Sequence record: SRR20825019_768
DNA length: 52,610 nucleotides
Reading direction: 5' to 3' (one strand)
In this document: positions 51,228 to 52,610 of the stretch, one piece after another
Layout of the letters: the number at the start of each line of letters is the position of its first letter
How positions within the stretch are numbered: position 1 is the first letter of the stretch
Program-made: the position numbers and the translations under genes
The notes under the pieces: model-generated
The model's input: only the letters and a program-made list of their open reading frames with translations
The model's database searches: none
What the model was told of the DNA's origin: nothing

Positions 51228-51548
51228 TTACTTGTCACCGCCGCATTTACCTTCTTCCATTTTTTTATCGCCGCCACATTTACCTTCTTCGGCTTTTTTG
51301 TCAGCGCCGCATTTTGCTTCACCGCATTTACCTTCTTCCATTTTCTCTTTTTTCATTTCGCTGCCACATTTGGCTTCACCACATTTTCCTTCTTCAGCGT
51401 GATGCTCAGCCAGTTGCATATAGCCGTTAGACAATTCCTGAGCAGCAAATGGGTTTTCTGCACTGGCAATGCTTGGAGACAGAGCCAGACCTGCAGTCAT
51501 AGCAGCACCGGCAGCAATAGAAAGTGAAGTTCTTTTCGTTATAGCCAT
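51228..51548 (-). CDS. Secreted low-complexity EGKCG-repeat peptide (HvfA/oxazolin-precursor-like)
   Basis: Sec signal ending ASA, then ENPF; six KCG motifs (4 EGKCG and 2 EAKCG; Cys56/61/75/80/91/102); AAGGA RBS. Confidence 0.88.
   Translation of the reverse strand: MAITKRTSLSIAAGAAMTAGLALSPSIASAENPFAAQELSNGYMQLAEHHAEEGKCGEAKCGSEMKKEKMEEGKCGEAKCGADKKAEEGKCGGDKKMEEGKCGGDK
51231..51395 (-). repeat. Intragenic tandem repeats encoding (E)E(G/A)KCG units
   Basis: Recurrent plus-strand CC(G/A)CATTT(A/T)CCTTCTTC units corresponding to EEGKCG. Confidence 0.9.
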
Positions 51549-51614
51549 GGTTATATCCTTCTCTCGTTATTAAATAAAAAACGGCCGGCCACGCTTCAGC
51601 CAGTCCTGCTACCA

Positions 51615-51642
51615 TAGACTTTTGTGTTTGCTGATTGTTACA
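51615..51642 (-). promoter_or_regulatory. Putative ECF sigma-dependent promoter for the peptide-doxX-msrPQ operon
   Basis: Minus strand TGTAAC-N17-GTCTA, about 65 nt upstream of the peptide ATG; fits the general ECF -35 AAC / -10 GTC pattern. Confidence 0.6.
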
Positions 51643-51648
51643 AACGGA

Positions 51649-52260
51649 ATGAAAAAAGTTGCATCGCTCGAGCAATTGGACCAGGAAGCGCTGATCGACA
51701 AGCTGATTGACGGCGATGCTGCTGCATTTGAATTTGTGGTAGGTCGTTATCACAGCATCATGCTGTCAGTGGCCAGAGCGATTATTGGTGAAGCTTTCGC
51801 TGATGAAGTGGTTCAGGAAGCCTGGGTTTCAGCCATCAAAGCCCTGCCCCGTTTTGAAGGCCGGGCTTCGCTCAAAACATGGCTTTTGCAAATCACCAGT
51901 AACGGTGCCAAAACCCGGCTGCGGAGAGAAAGCCGGCAATTATCACTGGATGATGGCTGGCAGGCGGAACCTGACTATAAATTCAATCAACGGGGTCACC
52001 GCATTGATGATGTATTACCCTGGAATATCGACACGCCCGATGCCTTGCTGGAAAACGAGCAACTCCGGCAGGTGATTGAAGCTACCTATCAGCAGCTACC
52101 CTCCCCGCAACGTGCCGTCCTAACCATGGCCGATATGGAAGGTCTGGAGATGACAGAAATTTGTAACATTCTGGGTATCTCCTCGTCTAATGGTAGAGTC
52201 CTGTTACATCGCGCCAGGACAGCATTGCATCACAGTATTGAAAAGTATCAGGAAAGCTAG
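51649..52260 (+). CDS. ECF (sigma-70 group 4) RNA polymerase sigma factor
   Basis: GD..AF, ADEVVQEAW, FEGRASLKTWL..I..N, region 4 LP..QR.V....EG....EIC.IL..S..N.RVLLHRAR; start set at ATG 51649. Confidence 0.95.
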   Translation: MKKVASLEQLDQEALIDKLIDGDAAAFEFVVGRYHSIMLSVARAIIGEAFADEVVQEAWVSAIKALPRFEGRASLKTWLLQITSNGAKTRLRRESRQLSLDDGWQAEPDYKFNQRGHRIDDVLPWNIDTPDALLENEQLRQVIEATYQQLPSPQRAVLTMADMEGLEMTEICNILGISSSNGRVLLHRARTALHHSIEKYQES

Positions 52261-52264
52261 ATAA

Positions 52265-52504
52265 ATGTTTGAGTGTAAAGATGTCGCTGAAGAAGCCAGT
52301 AACTACCTGGATGGTGATTTGCCATTGGGTAAACGGGTAGGTTTATTCCTGCATCTGGTTTACTGCAGCTGCTGCCGCCGTTATATGCAGCAGATCCGGC
52401 AGACGATCAGCACAGTCAATATTCTGCGTCCTCAGGAGCAGCATGACACTGACACTCAGGCACTGGCTGAAAAGCTTCGTATGCTCTCAAAAACAGAGTC
52501 ATAA
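52265..52504 (+). CDS. Soluble zinc-binding (zf-HC2 / ZAS) anti-sigma factor
   Basis: C......S.YLDG.L.......HLVYCSCC (HxxxCxxC); 79 aa, no TM segment; directly after the ECF sigma. Confidence 0.9.
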   Translation: MFECKDVAEEASNYLDGDLPLGKRVGLFLHLVYCSCCRRYMQQIRQTISTVNILRPQEQHDTDTQALAEKLRMLSKTES

Positions 52505-52536
52505 AGTAGCGGTTTATATCTGTAGATCAGGCGTAA

Positions 52537-52610
52537 TTGAACCACAGGGGCACAGAGTACACAGAGCAACAGGAAAAATGTATCCGCAGATTTCGCTGAT
52601 TTTCACAGAT
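52537..52610. repeat. Left arms of the nested REP-like element, ending in the 30-bp terminal direct repeat
   Basis: TTGAACCACAGGGGCACAGAGTACACAGAG (52537-52566), then TATCCGCAGATTTCGCTGATTTTCACAGAT (52581-52610). Confidence 0.9.

Noticed and set aside
50930-51753. Alternative ORFs 50930-51430 (+) and 51427-51753 (-) with repetitive or Cys-rich translations
   Set aside because: Out-of-frame or antisense readings of the EGKCG peptide gene and its promoter; the 51228-51548 frame has the signal peptide, RBS and family motifs

Overview
Chromosome-like segment of a marine/halotolerant gammaproteobacterium (Na+-pumping oadGAB; Methylophaga/Thiotrichales-like is my guess, not verified). Most of the window is housekeeping: oadGAB, dinG, recJ, hda, purMN, slyD, rluE-nudJ-mnmA-hflD, acnB, purB, argG and aceE-aceF-lpdA. 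Redox/stress modules sit at both ends. I found no rRNA, tRNA, CRISPR array, transposase, integrase or plasmid/phage replication gene. The most interesting locus is 48948-52504. An ECF sigma factor and a soluble zinc-finger (ZAS) anti-sigma lie divergent from an apparent operon encoding a secreted HvfA-like peptide with six (E-G/A)-K-C-G repeats, a DoxX (HvfX-like) membrane protein and the periplasmic methionine sulfoxide reductase MsrPQ. The DUF692 (MNIO) and DUF2063 maturase genes that normally accompany such peptides are missing from the window. The first and last 30 bases of the window are identical. They belong to a dispersed REP-like palindromic family with another copy at 14449-14520, so the apparent circularity is probably a repeat-bounded assembly effect. 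Other oddities are a C-terminally short RNase J, an orphan Dam-family methyltransferase, a 140-nt rluE/nudJ overlap and a small secretin-like gene after purB. All protein calls come from motif recognition by eye; no database searches were run.
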